The translations under genes and the position numbers were made by a program. Under the pieces are notes generated by a model. That model made no database searches, was not told where the DNA came from, and saw only the letters and a list, made by a program, of their open reading frames with translations. DNA of 64,000 nucleotides from an uncultured Rhodospirillales bacterium (GTDB taxonomy: Bacteria > Pseudomonadota > Alphaproteobacteria > Azospirillales > Azospirillaceae), in the NCBI GenBank assembly GCA_903927615.1, contig CAIYNU010000086.1, positions 4,042-68,041 on the forward strand. The letters are read 5' to 3'. Every line of letters begins with the position of its first letter. The stretch's first letter is position 1. Of this stretch, positions 18,670-28,540 are shown one piece after another.

Positions 18670-21600
18670 TCAGGACCGTCGCCCCGAGGGTGGAAACCAA
18701 ACGGTGACGGTGGTGCCGACGCCCACCGTGCTGGTGATGTGCATCTGGCCATCATGCAAGGCGATCAGGGATTCAACCAGGAATAAGCCGAGGCCGATCC
18801 CGTCGGCGATCCGGGCGTAGCGGGTGTCGCCCTGCTCGAACGGCTTGCGGATACGCGCGACCTGGCTTTCGGAAATCCCGATGCCGGTATCGGCGACCAC
18901 CAGTTCGATTCCCTGATCGGCAGTAGCCCGGGCGGCGATGGAAATCATGCCGCCGGCTGGCGTGAAGGTGATGGCGTTGGAGATCAGGTTGCCCAGAATT
19001 TGATAGACGGCGTGCCGGTCGGCCCGCAGCAGCGGCAGATCTCGGGGCACGGACAGCAGGATGCGGACGCCACGCCGGGAAAAATGGCTTCGGATGTCGC
19101 GGATTGCGTGGGCGATGGTGTAGCGAACATCCAGCGACGACGGTTCGATGGTCATCAATCCCGACTCGATCTTGGCGCAGTCGAGCACCCGGTTGATGAT
19201 GCGCAACAGATGATAGCCGCTGGTGACGATGTCGCGGGCGTAGTCGACGGCGGTGCTCCTGAAGTCCGAACCCGGCTCCTTACCCGGTTCCAAGGTTGTG
19301 ATCATCTCTCCGAAGCCGATAATCGACGATAACGGCGTTCGCAGTTCATGGCTCATGGTGGCCAGGAACACCGTCCGCGCTCGGGCGGCGGCCTCGGCGT
19401 CATCCCGGGCCAGGCGGAGCGCGTCTTCCACGCGCCGACGGTCGGTGATGTCGCGGCCGGTGGCCTGAATTTCCACCAGGGTGCCGGTGGCGTCGAAAAT
19501 GCCGCGGCTTTCCCAGGCGTACCAGCGTTCCTCGGCGGTGGCGGTGACCACCCGGTTTTCGAGGCCGGCCGGGTGATCGGTGGTTGTGGTCGCGGTGGCG
19601 AGCAGGGCTGCGGTCGGGCTGGCATCGCCGGGGCTGATGATGTCTTGCCAGGGGGTGCCGATCAGCGCCTCCCGGTCGCGCCCGACCACCCGGCAGGTGG
19701 TATCGTTGACGAAGGTGAAACGACCGGTATGGTCGACGCGAATCACCATGTCCGCCTGGGTTTCCACCAGCGCCCGGTAGCGTTGCTCGCTACAGGCCAG
19801 CGCGGTGGCCGCCTCCTGGCGCTGCCGGTGGTGGCGATAGGCCTCGATGATCTGGCCGCAGGCCGAGGCCACGGGCTGGATCATGGCTGCAATGCCCTGG
19901 TCATAGCCGCCCGGACGGTCGGCCAGGCCGATCCCGCCGACGATGGCGCCATCACGGTGGAGCGGCAGCCAGAGGAAACTTTCCAGAACCGGATGACCGG
20001 GTGGGGTGCGGTACGCGGCGGTCTGGAGCGCCCGCCGGTCGAGGATCACGGGCGTGCCGAGGCCCGTCGCGGTCATGCCGGGGCTCTGGCAGACTCCAAT
20101 GGTCGGGCCGAACGGCAAGCGGTCGCGGGGGCAGCCCCGGCCCGCCTCGTCGCCGGCGAGACCGGACATGGCCAGGAGCCGTTGGCTCTGGGGGCCGTCC
20201 GGCTGGTCTTCCAATTCAGCCAGGAAGCCGGCACGGCTGCCGGTAAAGCGGACGACATCGTCCAGAACGGCCTCAAACAGACTGGCGACATCGGTCTTGC
20301 CGATGAAACGGGACTGCAATCGGGTAATGCAATCCAGTAACTCCCGGCTCTGATGGAGCGCCTGTGTCCCATTCTCATTAAAAAGAAGCAGCTCTTCAAT
20401 GCGACGTTGCCGCCGGGTTAACTGAAGTTCCTCATTGAGTTCGCGTCTGAGTAAAACAAAGTGCCCCAACAGCAGGCAACTGACCAGAAGTGTAACGACG
20501 ATGCCGAACAACCGGTTAATGACGGCCATCTTTTCCTTCTTCAAGAGGAGCAGTGTCCAGCCTTGATCGCCGATCGCTTTGCGACCGACCAGCATCCGGA
20601 CACCGTCCAGGATCAGCGACTCACCGTCGACCAGCGTCCGGGCCAGCACCGGCTGATTGCGCAGCGGCTCGAACTGGCGGGACGACACCGCCTCGCGGGC
20701 GATGTCCGGCCCGATCGGCCATAGCGAGCGCAGTTGCATCTCGGGCCGGCCAGCCAGGAGCACCAACCCGTCGGCGTTGATCAGGTAGGCGTCGGCCGCT
20801 CGGGTCAGGCCCAGCTTATTGGCATCCAACGGGACCTTCACCACGGCGACCCCGACCACCGGGCCGTCTTGGTGGGCGCGAACCGGGTAGCTGGCGAAAT
20901 AGCCGGCCTGGTGGGTGGTGGTGCCGAACGCGAAGTAATGGCTGGGTCGGCCCGCCAGGGCCTCCTGAAAATACGGGCGGAAGGCGTAATTCTGATGGAA
21001 CAGGCTGGCGGCGTCATCGCGGTTGGAGGTGGCAATCACCGTGCCGTCGCGATTCATCAGGTAGGTCAGATTACCGTCGGTGGCCTGATGGAAACGGTCG
21101 ACCAACTGATTGGCGGATGCCGCGTCGGCGGCCGTTTCGCCGGGCCAACCGCTTCCGGCCATGGCCAGGGCTGCGCCTTCCGCCTCGCGAAGGTCATCGG
21201 CCAGCCCGTTGGCCATCAGGGCGAGGTCCGCCGACACCTCCTCGCGCAGGTCGGCGTCGTAGAGGCGACCCATCCAGTCGGTAAACTGAGCGCCGCCGGC
21301 CACCAGCAACACCAGGCTGACCGATGTCAGCCAAAAGTGTTGCCGCGACCTTTTTATCAGGCCGTTAATCTCGGTGCGCTCCAGGTCGAAGGCCCACAGG
21401 GCCAGGGCGATCAGAACCGCACAGCCGCCGCGAACCAACTGAATCGGCACGCCTGTGGCGGCCAGGAACGACTGGTGATTGATGATGCCCGCCAGCGGCA
21501 GGGCCGAGGCCGGCCCCACCAAGCCTGCGGCCAGGCCATAAACCACGAAACCTCCGGCGGCCGTCAGCAGCCAGAGCCGTTCCCCGGTCGTGGCCGGGCC

Positions 21601-22026
21601 GGCCCGCCGGATCAGCACCAGGGCGGTGAGCAGGCATCCGGGCAGTGCCAACAGGATGCGGCACAGGCCGTTGGCGGTGGCCAGGCCGCTGCCGGCGGCG
21701 GTCAGGGTCACCGCCAGCAGCACCGGCCAGATCAGCCAGCGCGGCGGAACCGTCCAGCCCAGTCGGTGGGCGCCGAGGCGACCGAATTCGAACAACACCG
21801 CGAAGGACAGCGTCATCACCATGAGCCGGCTCAGCGCAAACCACAGGGGATCACCGATGCTGAGGGCCAGCAGATCGAGCCATTCGTGGAGACCATGGCT
21901 GATGCCGAAGACCCCCAGCAGTTGCCACGGCACGGGCTCGGGGTTGTTCTGGCGCATGGACAGGCACACGGCGCCGACGTAAAGAAAGGCCAAGCCGTAA
22001 ATGAAGAAAATATAATCGACCGGCAT
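18670..22026 (-). CDS. Multi-TM sensor histidine kinase with an extracytoplasmic Cache-like region, GAF, PAS, HisKA and HATPase
   Basis: H-box FLATMSHELRTPLSSIIGF. ATPase VADTGIGISE...GIGLGLFLVESL. Many N-terminal TM helices. Start is chosen at ATG 22026 (MPVDYIFFIYGLAF). Confidence 0.85.
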   Translation of the reverse strand: MPVDYIFFIYGLAFLYVGAVCLSMRQNNPEPVPWQLLGVFGISHGLHEWLDLLALSIGDPLWFALSRLMVMTLSFAVLFEFGRLGAHRLGWTVPPRWLIWPVLLAVTLTAAGSGLATANGLCRILLALPGCLLTALVLIRRAGPATTGERLWLLTAAGGFVVYGLAAGLVGPASALPLAGIINHQSFLAATGVPIQLVRGGCAVLIALALWAFDLERTEINGLIKRSRQHFWLTSVSLVLLVAGGAQFTDWMGRLYDADLREEVSADLALMANGLADDLREAEGAALAMAGSGWPGETAADAASANQLVDRFHQATDGNLTYLMNRDGTVIATSNRDDAASLFHQNYAFRPYFQEALAGRPSHYFAFGTTTHQAGYFASYPVRAHQDGPVVGVAVVKVPLDANKLGLTRAADAYLINADGLVLLAGRPEMQLRSLWPIGPDIAREAVSSRQFEPLRNQPVLARTLVDGESLILDGVRMLVGRKAIGDQGWTLLLLKKEKMAVINRLFGIVVTLLVSCLLLGHFVLLRRELNEELQLTRRQRRIEELLLFNENGTQALHQSRELLDCITRLQSRFIGKTDVASLFEAVLDDVVRFTGSRAGFLAELEDQPDGPQSQRLLAMSGLAGDEAGRGCPRDRLPFGPTIGVCQSPGMTATGLGTPVILDRRALQTAAYRTPPGHPVLESFLWLPLHRDGAIVGGIGLADRPGGYDQGIAAMIQPVASACGQIIEAYRHHRQRQEAATALACSEQRYRALVETQADMVIRVDHTGRFTFVNDTTCRVVGRDREALIGTPWQDIISPGDASPTAALLATATTTTDHPAGLENRVVTATAEERWYAWESRGIFDATGTLVEIQATGRDITDRRRVEDALRLARDDAEAAARARTVFLATMSHELRTPLSSIIGFGEMITTLEPGKEPGSDFRSTAVDYARDIVTSGYHLLRIINRVLDCAKIESGLMTIEPSSLDVRYTIAHAIRDIRSHFSRRGVRILLSVPRDLPLLRADRHAVYQILGNLISNAITFTPAGGMISIAARATADQGIELVVADTGIGISESQVARIRKPFEQGDTRYARIADGIGLGLFLVESLIALHDGQMHITSTVGVGTTVTVWFPPSGRRS

Positions 22027-22407
22027 TGACCGTCCTGTGGCTTTGAGCGTCCTTGAACCCCGGGGGGCCGGCAGCCGGTGAAGCATTTCGTGATGGTGGG
22101 AACTATCGGGAAGAGGACACCGTTCCGGCAAGCACCGTGCGAAGCCGCGGCGATTTGCCGCCGCTTAGCTACTCACTGACCTGTGTATTGTTCGCGTAAT
22201 AGGGATTGCCGGATGGGCCGTCCTGGTTTCCCGATTGGACTGCCGGCAGGGTTTTGGATCGGTTCCGGACCGAGTCCCAAGGGGCGCGGCGTCGGTCCCC
22301 TTGAAAAGTCGAAAGACTATCCTAAATTTTAGACATCTGACGGGGCTTGCGAGAGAGCCGTTCGCCCGGGGTTTAGGGGATTGGGTGCGGGCGGCGAGGG
22401 TTGTCCC

Positions 22408-23217
22408 ATGACAATCAGCGGGATCACCAGCACGACCGGCTACGGAGGCTATGGCGCAACATCGCTGGCTCTGTGGCCGACTCTGACCGGTGGCGGAACG
22501 GTTGGGCAGACGGGTTCGAACCGGCCATCGGCGACAACCGGTCAGACCGTTACCACCACCGCGACGGCCGCCGCCGCCGGCAAGGCCACCGGGACCGGCC
22601 AGCCGAGTCAGATTCTGGCGGCCGCGGCGGGGCCGGGCAGCACCGGGACCGTTCTTTCGGCCCAACAAAAGGCCCAGATCGCCCAGTACAAGCTGCTTGC
22701 CCAAACCGCCCAGGCCGATGTTCAGGCCCAACAGCGCGTTGCGGGCCCCTACGCCGGCACGGTCAGCTATCAGTACGAGCGGGGGCCGGACGGCACCCTT
22801 TATGCCGTTGCGGGCGACGTGACCTTCAACGTCGAACCGGTTGCCAACAATCCGGCCGCGACCGTCGCCGCCATGCAAACCATCACCAGGGCCGCCCTGT
22901 CGGTGGTCCCGCCCACGGCCCAAGACCTGCTGGCGGTTCGCGAAGCGGCCCAGTATTCCGCCGAGGCCCAGGCGGCGCTCAAGAGCAGCCGGACGGCCGC
23001 CACCACAACCAACGCCACCACAACCAACGCCGCGGCGGCGGCGAAGTCGGCCAATGCCGCTTGGATCGCGCAGACTCAGGCGGTTACCGCCGCCACGGCC
23101 ACGGTGCTGGCCGCCCAGCAGCAGGCCGGGGCGACGGTCTTCGGTATGGGCGGGGTCGGCACCGGGGTCAATCAGGCGGCCAACCAGGCCGGCTATCCGC
23201 TGACTCGGGCCGGATAG
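22408..23217 (+). CDS. SprA-related-family protein (the family annotated as putative metalloprotease), Thr/Ala/Gln-rich, lacking the HExxH motif
   Basis: Core YAGTVSYQYERGPDGTLYAVAGDVTFNVEPVANNPAATVAAMQTITRAALSVVPPTAQD matches, from memory, the family core AGG.YAG..sy.Y..GPDG.rYAvgGEV.ID..PV.gDP.aTi.KM..v..AALAPAePS.QD. Confidence 0.6.
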   Translation: MTISGITSTTGYGGYGATSLALWPTLTGGGTVGQTGSNRPSATTGQTVTTTATAAAAGKATGTGQPSQILAAAAGPGSTGTVLSAQQKAQIAQYKLLAQTAQADVQAQQRVAGPYAGTVSYQYERGPDGTLYAVAGDVTFNVEPVANNPAATVAAMQTITRAALSVVPPTAQDLLAVREAAQYSAEAQAALKSSRTAATTTNATTTNAAAAAKSANAAWIAQTQAVTAATATVLAAQQQAGATVFGMGGVGTGVNQAANQAGYPLTRAG

Positions 23218-23224
23218 CCGGCCT

Positions 23225-23260
23225 CTGTCGCATCCCCGACAAGCCTGTCGCGGGTCGGAC
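23225..23260 (+). promoter_or_regulatory. Two tandem NifA upstream activator sequences (TGT-N10-ACA)
   Basis: TGTcgcatccccgACA at 23225-23240 and TGTcgcgggtcggACA at 23245-23260. They lie about 60-95 bp upstream of the -24/-12 promoter. Confidence 0.7.
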
Positions 23261-23317
23261 AGGGTCAGGAACCGGCCACTGGACAGGATTATCTGTAACA
23301 ATCAATGCGCTAGCTTC

Positions 23318-23333
23318 TGGCATCGGCTTTGCA
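23318..23333 (+). promoter_or_regulatory. Sigma-54 (-24/-12) promoter of the nifB operon
   Basis: TGGCAT-cggct-TTGCA matches TGGCAC-N5-TTGCW with exact spacing. It lies about 62 nt upstream of the nifB ATG. Confidence 0.75.
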
Positions 23334-23394
23334 AAGCTTCAGGCGACGTGACCCCGTCGGGGCGGTGCAATCCCAAGGATCAGGAGCGGCGGTA

Positions 23395-24876
23395 ATGACT
23401 CGGCACATCATCCCACTGGATATCGTCGCTAAAAAGACGTCCGCACCGGCCGGTGCCGGTTGCGCCGCCAAGTCCTGCGGCACGGACACCGCCGGCAGCG
23501 ATCTTCCCCCGGAGGTGTGGGCCAAGGTCAAGGATCATCCCTGCTACAGCGAACAGGCACATCATTACTTTGCCAGAATGCATGTGGCGGTTGCTCCTGC
23601 CTGCAATATCCAGTGCAACTATTGCAACCGGAAATACGATTGCGCCAATGAGAGCCGCCCGGGCGTGACCAGCGAGCGGCTGACGCCCGAGCAGGCGGTA
23701 CACAAGGTCGCTGCGGTGGCGGCACGGATGCCTCAGCTTTCGGTGGTGGGCATCGCCGGTCCCGGCGACGCCCTGGCCGACTGGCGTCACACCTTCGAGA
23801 CGTTCGATCTCCTCTCCCGGCAGTTTCCCGACATCAAGCTGTGCCTGTCCACCAATGGCCTGGCGTTGCCTGACCATGTGGACCGCATCCGGGAGTTGAA
23901 GGTTGACCACGTCACCATCACCATCAACATGGTCGATCCGGCGGTGGGCGAAGACATTTATGCCTGGGTCTTCTACGATCACCGTCGCCACACCGGCCGC
24001 GAAGCCGCGCGCATCCTGCACGAGCGCCAGATCGAGGGCCTGCGCCGGTTGGTCGAAGCCGGCATCCTGGTCAAGGTAAATTCGGTATTGATCCCGGGGA
24101 TCAACGACGCGCATCTGGCGGCGGTCAACGAGACCGTGCGGGGCCATGGCGCCTTCCTGCATAACATTATGCCGCTGATCTCGGATCCCGCTCACGGCAC
24201 CCGCTTTGGCTTGGATGGCCGGCGCGGCCCGACCCCGGCGGAACTGAAACAGCTTCAGGACCACCTGGGCGGCGGTGCCCGGTTGATGAAGCATTGCCGA
24301 CAGTGCCGTGCCGATGCGGTGGGTTTGCTGGGCCAGGATCTGAGCCAGGATTTCACCATGGATCGCGTGGCCGGGATGACGGTCGAAGACCGGCCCGAGG
24401 AACGCCGGCTGTATCGGGAGTTCGTGGAGCGCGAACGCCTGGACCGCGAACAGGCGGCGCGTGTCGCCGAACGCGGGCTCAGTGCCGCCGTCACTGTGCC
24501 GCCGCTGCTGGTCGCGGCGTGCAGTCGCGGCGGCGGCCGAGTCAACCAGCATTTCGGACATGCCCGGGAATTCCAGCTTTACGAGGTGGACGGCGCCGGC
24601 ATCCGTTTTGTGGGTCACCGCCGTGCCGATCATTACTGCCAGGGCGGCCATGGCGAAGAGGACAAGCTCGAGGCGGTGGTCAAGGCCCTGGATGGGGTGT
24701 CGGTGCTGCTGGCGGCCAAGATCGGCAGTTGCCCGAGTGACCGGTTGAAAGCAGCCGGGATTACCGTGATCACCGATCATGCCTATGATTATATCGAGAC
24801 CGCGGTGGCGGCAGTCTATCGCAGTCATCGGGCCGCCGCGGCGGCGGATGGTCAAGCTATGGCGCAAGCGTCGTGA
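23395..24876 (+). CDS. nifB: FeMo-cofactor biosynthesis radical SAM protein NifB (with NifX-like C-terminal domain)
   Basis: HPCYSEQAHHYFARMHVAVAPACNIQCNYCNRKYDCANESRPGV. C-terminal NifX-like part VNQHFGHAREFQLYEV. AGGAG Shine-Dalgarno sequence before ATG 23395. Confidence 0.95.
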   Translation: MTRHIIPLDIVAKKTSAPAGAGCAAKSCGTDTAGSDLPPEVWAKVKDHPCYSEQAHHYFARMHVAVAPACNIQCNYCNRKYDCANESRPGVTSERLTPEQAVHKVAAVAARMPQLSVVGIAGPGDALADWRHTFETFDLLSRQFPDIKLCLSTNGLALPDHVDRIRELKVDHVTITINMVDPAVGEDIYAWVFYDHRRHTGREAARILHERQIEGLRRLVEAGILVKVNSVLIPGINDAHLAAVNETVRGHGAFLHNIMPLISDPAHGTRFGLDGRRGPTPAELKQLQDHLGGGARLMKHCRQCRADAVGLLGQDLSQDFTMDRVAGMTVEDRPEERRLYREFVERERLDREQAARVAERGLSAAVTVPPLLVAACSRGGGRVNQHFGHAREFQLYEVDGAGIRFVGHRRADHYCQGGHGEEDKLEAVVKALDGVSVLLAAKIGSCPSDRLKAAGITVITDHAYDYIETAVAAVYRSHRAAAAADGQAMAQAS

Positions 24877-24999
24877 CCGCCTTGCACCGGATGCCGGCAC
24901 CAGAGGCTTGACCCTCACCCGGGTTTCCTTCCATTAACCAGTCCTCAACCACGTCCTCCCGCCCCCCCCTGACGAACACACGAGCAAGGAGAAGACCCC

Positions 25000-25191
25000 A
25001 TGGCCTACAAGATCAGCGCAGCCGATTGCACCGGTTGCGGCGCCTGCGAAGCGGATTGTCCCAGCAAAGCCATCCGCATGAAGGGCGATGTCTATGCCAT
25101 CAACCCCGATAAGTGTACCGAGTGCGTGGGCAAGTTCGATTCGCCCCAATGTGTCGCGGCGTGCCCGGCGAATTGTATTTCGCACGCCTGA
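25000..25191 (+). CDS. fdxN: Small nif-associated 2[4Fe-4S] ferredoxin (FdxN/FrxA type)
   Basis: CTGCGACEADCP and CTECVG...CVAACP cluster motifs. Position directly after nifB. Confidence 0.85.
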   Translation: MAYKISAADCTGCGACEADCPSKAIRMKGDVYAINPDKCTECVGKFDSPQCVAACPANCISHA

Positions 25192-25199
25192 ACCACCGT

Positions 25200-25227
25200 G
25201 CCGGAGACCGGCGCGCCGGTCTCCGGC
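25200..25227 (+). terminator. Perfect GC-rich palindrome/hairpin just after fdxN (possible attenuator; no U-tract)
   Basis: gccggagaccggcg|cgccggtctccggc, 14-nt arms, read directly. Confidence 0.35.
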
Positions 25228-25332
25228 TAGGGACTGGGGCCGCGCGCCACCCGGCGCGGAGGCCTTGGTCCGCGGCCGGACCTCGACGAAACCGTAAACC
25301 CGACCTGCACCGGGAACCAAAGGATTCTCGCC

Positions 25333-25794
25333 ATGGCCGATTGCGATGGGCCGGACTGGATTGCGGAACCGGCGCCCTGCGGTGCCTGTCCGCTCCGGCT
25401 GGATGCGTCGGCACGGGCGGCGGCGGTCCGGCGGTTGCCGGCGTGCCTGCTGCCGGTGGCTATGACCGATCCGGAGCCCCAGGTGCGCTGCGAAGTCGCC
25501 CGCCTGATCGGCGACGACTGGTTGCCGGCGATGGCCTGGGACCGCGACGCCGGAGTTCGGCTGATCGTGGTCGGGCGGTTGCGGCCGGAACAACTGACGG
25601 TTCTGGCCGGAGACAGCGACGCCCGGGTGCGCGCCGCGGTGGCCGGCCGGGTGGTGCCCTCGGCCTTGCTGCGACTGGCCGAGGACGATGCCGAGGAAGT
25701 TCATCGGGTGGCCCGCCTGCGTCTCGGCCTGCGACCCCACCCGGGCCACCGCCCCGTCGTCCCGGCGGCGCGCGGCAAACGTCACCTGATGTGA
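25333..25794 (+). CDS. Nif-cluster leucine-rich-repeat-variant (LRV) 4Fe-4S protein
   Basis: N-terminal Cys cluster (C..PDW....C.AC). Then about 24-aa repeats of the form D...VR..VA.R.....L..L. (DPEPQVRCEVARLI, DRDAGVRLIVVGRL, DSDARVRAAVAGRV, DDAEEVHRVARLRL). Sits between fdxN and nifZ. Confidence 0.6.
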   Translation: MADCDGPDWIAEPAPCGACPLRLDASARAAAVRRLPACLLPVAMTDPEPQVRCEVARLIGDDWLPAMAWDRDAGVRLIVVGRLRPEQLTVLAGDSDARVRAAVAGRVVPSALLRLAEDDAEEVHRVARLRLGLRPHPGHRPVVPAARGKRHLM

Positions 25795-25809
25795 TCGGAG
25801 CGAACCGCC

Positions 25810-26130
25810 ATGACTGAAACCATTCCGTTGGCCGATGCCCTGGAGGCCATCGAAATTTACCGGCCGCCGGTCCTGGCGCCGGGCACCAAGGTTCGTGCCA
25901 AGGTGGCCATTCGCAATGACGGCACCTACCCGGGCCGACGGATGGGCGAAGTGCTGCTGGAGCAGGGGGAAATCGGGTATGTCAGCCGCATCGGGACCTT
26001 TCTGCAACGTTATTACATTTACGGTGTCGACTTCTTTCGCCTCGGCTGCGTGGTCGGCATGCGCGCCCACGAGCTGGAGGTGATTGCGGATGAATACGGC
26101 GTCGCTGTGCAACCGGAAGGAACTATCTGA
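25810..26130 (+). CDS. nifZ: NifZ
   Basis: GTKVRAKVAIRNDGTYPGRRMGEVLLEQGEIGYVSRIGTFLQRYYIYGVDF is the typical NifZ core. nif context. Confidence 0.85.
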   Translation: MTETIPLADALEAIEIYRPPVLAPGTKVRAKVAIRNDGTYPGRRMGEVLLEQGEIGYVSRIGTFLQRYYIYGVDFFRLGCVVGMRAHELEVIADEYGVAVQPEGTI

Positions 26131-26339
26131 TGAAGGTGATGGTTAATCGCAAGGGCGACGTGTATCAGATTTACGTGCCGAAGAAGGACCTCGAGGAACC
26201 CATCGTCGAATCCGAGAAGCCTGGCCTGTGGGGCGGTTGGGTTCGGCTGGATAATGGCTGGCGGCTGGAACTGCCGGATCTGCCGGCGGATACCCGCCTG
26301 CCGATTACGGTCGAGGCGCGCAAGCTTGGGGAGGGATAA
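26130..26339 (+). CDS. nifT: NifT/FixU
   Basis: MKVMVNRKGD...YVPKKDLEEPIVESEKPGLWGGWVRLDNGWRLELPDLPADTRLPITVEA. The start overlaps the nifZ stop by 1 nt (TGATG: TGA 26128-26130, ATG 26130-26132). Confidence 0.85.
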   Translation: MKVMVNRKGDVYQIYVPKKDLEEPIVESEKPGLWGGWVRLDNGWRLELPDLPADTRLPITVEARKLGEG

Positions 26340-26380
26340 TACCAGTTCCCGATGAGCCCAACTCATCGGGAACTGGTATC
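26340..26380. terminator. 18-bp perfect stem / 5-nt loop hairpin between nifT (+) and the convergent MCP gene (-)
   Basis: ataccagttcccgatgag-cccaa-ctcatcgggaactggtat, read directly. No clear U-tract. Confidence 0.5.
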
Positions 26381-26512
26381 GGCGGCGACTGCCGCCGCGC
26401 CGCTCGTGCGGCGTCCCGCTGATGGGTTCCTGTCAGCGGGAACTGGGATAAGGGCTCGCCCCGGAGGCGCTTCGGGCTGATCCTGGTGCCGATCGGAGCG
26501 CGCTGACCCGCG

Positions 26513-28540
26513 TCAGCCGGTTCGGACCCGGGCAATAAAGCCGTCGATAACCCGATGGAGTTGCTCGGCTTCCCGGGAGAGGCGGTTGGCGATCCCCAAC
26601 ACCTCGTCCGACGCCTTGCCCGCTTCCTGGGCGGCGTGGGCCACATCGGCGATGTTTTGCGACACGGCGGATGTCCCGGAACTGGCTCGCTGGACGCTGT
26701 GACCGATCTCGGCAGTTGCGATACCCTGGTGTTCGACCGCCAGGGCAATGTTGCCCGAGATATCATCCACCCGTTTGATCGTGCTGGTGATACTGCTGAT
26801 GGCGGATTGCGCCCGTTCGGTCTCGCTTTGGACGCTGGCGATCAAGGTGCTGATCTGACCGGTGGCGCCGCCGGTCTGGTTGGCCAGGTTCTTGACCTCA
26901 CCGGCCACCACGGCAAAGCCCTTGCCGGCCTCGCCGGCCCGTGCCGCTTCGATGGTGGCGTTCAGCGCCAACAGGTTGGTCTGGCCGGCGATGGTGTTGA
27001 TCAATTGGACCACATCGCCGATCTTCTCGGCGGCGCTGCCCAAGGCCTGCATGATGACTCCGGTGCGCGTGGCCTCCTCGACCGCCGACCGGGAAATTCG
27101 CGCGGCTTCTTCCACCTGACCGGTGATCTCGCCGATGGCTTCGGACAGTTGGGTGGTCGCCGAAGCCACGGTCCGGACGCTGCTTGAGGCTTGTTCCGAG
27201 GCCTCCACCACCGCGCCGGCCCGGTGCCGGACCTGTTCGGAGATCGCCGCCATGGCTTGGGCCGTGGTCTGCATCTGCCGGGCGCTTTCCGAGACGCGAT
27301 CGACCACCCCCCGAACCTCCTTCTCCACCTCCTCGGCGAGTCCGAGCATCATCGTCCGCCGGCGGTCCTCGGCCTGACGCTGCTGCCGTTCGGTTTCGGC
27401 GCGCAGGCGGTCGTGGTCGATCGCCTGTTCCTTAAAGACCTCCATGGCCTCGGCGATGCGGCCGATCTCGTCGTGCCGGTCCAGGCCGGGAATCGTGACC
27501 TGCTTGTTGCCGGCGGCCAGGTCCGTCACGGCCGCGGTGATGCGGTCAAGCGGTCGGGTGATGCCGCGCGCGATCATCACCGCAAACAACAGGCCAAGCC
27601 CAATCGACCCGACCGACCCGATGAGAATCACGGTGACCGAGGTGGCCAGCGCTTCCTGGGTTTGCTGCTGAAGCCGGCTCAAATCTCCCTGAATCGTGGC
27701 CCGTCCCTGGTCGGCAAGCTGGGTGAATTCCTGAATCCATTGCGCCATCGTCGTGCGTGCGAGGTCGTTGAACACGGTATTGGCCGCCACCACCTGGGAA
27801 AAAGCCTGGCGGTAGGCGGTCGCGCCGCCGGCCACCTCGGTGATCTGCCGTTGGGCGTCGGGGTCCTGGGCCGCCCGGGCGGCTTCGGCGGTCTTAACCG
27901 TCAACACGTCGATGGATCGCTCCGCCGCCTGTCGGAGCGCGGTCTCTTGTTTCACATCTTCGTTGCCGAGGAAGCGGAAGGTCGCGAGTTGGGCTTCCAT
28001 CAGCGCCTGATAGCCGGGTATGGCCAGGTTGCCATCGGCACCGGTCGTTGCGGCGGCCCGACCGATCACGGTCCCCAGGGTCCCGGCGGCGGTGCGGCCG
28101 AGGGGGATCAACGTCTGTTCGATCAGGCGGGTTCTGGTCTGTCGGGCCTCGACCATGCGGTCGATGCCTTGGTTGTAAATCTCCAGAAGCTCAACCATCC
28201 GGTCGCCGATCTGTTGACGCTCGATGCTGTGGGCGGTTTCGCGCAGCCCAACGACCCGCCGATGCACCTCGCCGAGCATCTGCCGGGCGCCGGTCAGCGC
28301 CTGTTCATTGCCGTCGGCGGAATAGGCGCGGATATTGCGCCGCATGATGGCCACATCCCGCTGGACGTCGGCGATGGCCAGGGTCCGTTCCGACAGTCGG
28401 GAAAACTCCGCGACCCGTTCCCGATTGCCGGCATTTTCAAAATAGCTAAAAGTGGTGATCGCGGCCAATAAGAGTAAAATAAACCCAATACATGCATAAA
28501 TCCTGGTGCCGATCAGAAATGCTAATTTCGTTTTGCGCAT
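26513..28540 (-). CDS. Methyl-accepting chemotaxis protein (TM - periplasmic helical domain - TM - HAMP - signalling domain)
   Basis: Highly conserved MCP hairpin tip [38 protein letters not shown] region is adjacent to the second TM helix. Confidence 0.9.
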   Translation of the reverse strand: MRKTKLAFLIGTRIYACIGFILLLLAAITTFSYFENAGNRERVAEFSRLSERTLAIADVQRDVAIMRRNIRAYSADGNEQALTGARQMLGEVHRRVVGLRETAHSIERQQIGDRMVELLEIYNQGIDRMVEARQTRTRLIEQTLIPLGRTAAGTLGTVIGRAAATTGADGNLAIPGYQALMEAQLATFRFLGNEDVKQETALRQAAERSIDVLTVKTAEAARAAQDPDAQRQITEVAGGATAYRQAFSQVVAANTVFNDLARTTMAQWIQEFTQLADQGRATIQGDLSRLQQQTQEALATSVTVILIGSVGSIGLGLLFAVMIARGITRPLDRITAAVTDLAAGNKQVTIPGLDRHDEIGRIAEAMEVFKEQAIDHDRLRAETERQQRQAEDRRRTMMLGLAEEVEKEVRGVVDRVSESARQMQTTAQAMAAISEQVRHRAGAVVEASEQASSSVRTVASATTQLSEAIGEITGQVEEAARISRSAVEEATRTGVIMQALGSAAEKIGDVVQLINTIAGQTNLLALNATIEAARAGEAGKGFAVVAGEVKNLANQTGGATGQISTLIASVQSETERAQSAISSITSTIKRVDDISGNIALAVEHQGIATAEIGHSVQRASSGTSAVSQNIADVAHAAQEAGKASDEVLGIANRLSREAEQLHRVIDGFIARVRTG

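Noticed and set aside
22512-22522. GGGTTCGAACC, a T-loop-like motif that might flag a tRNA.
   Set aside because: It lies inside the SprA-related CDS. The flanks cannot be folded into acceptor, D or anticodon arms. No other tRNA-like sequence was seen in the window.
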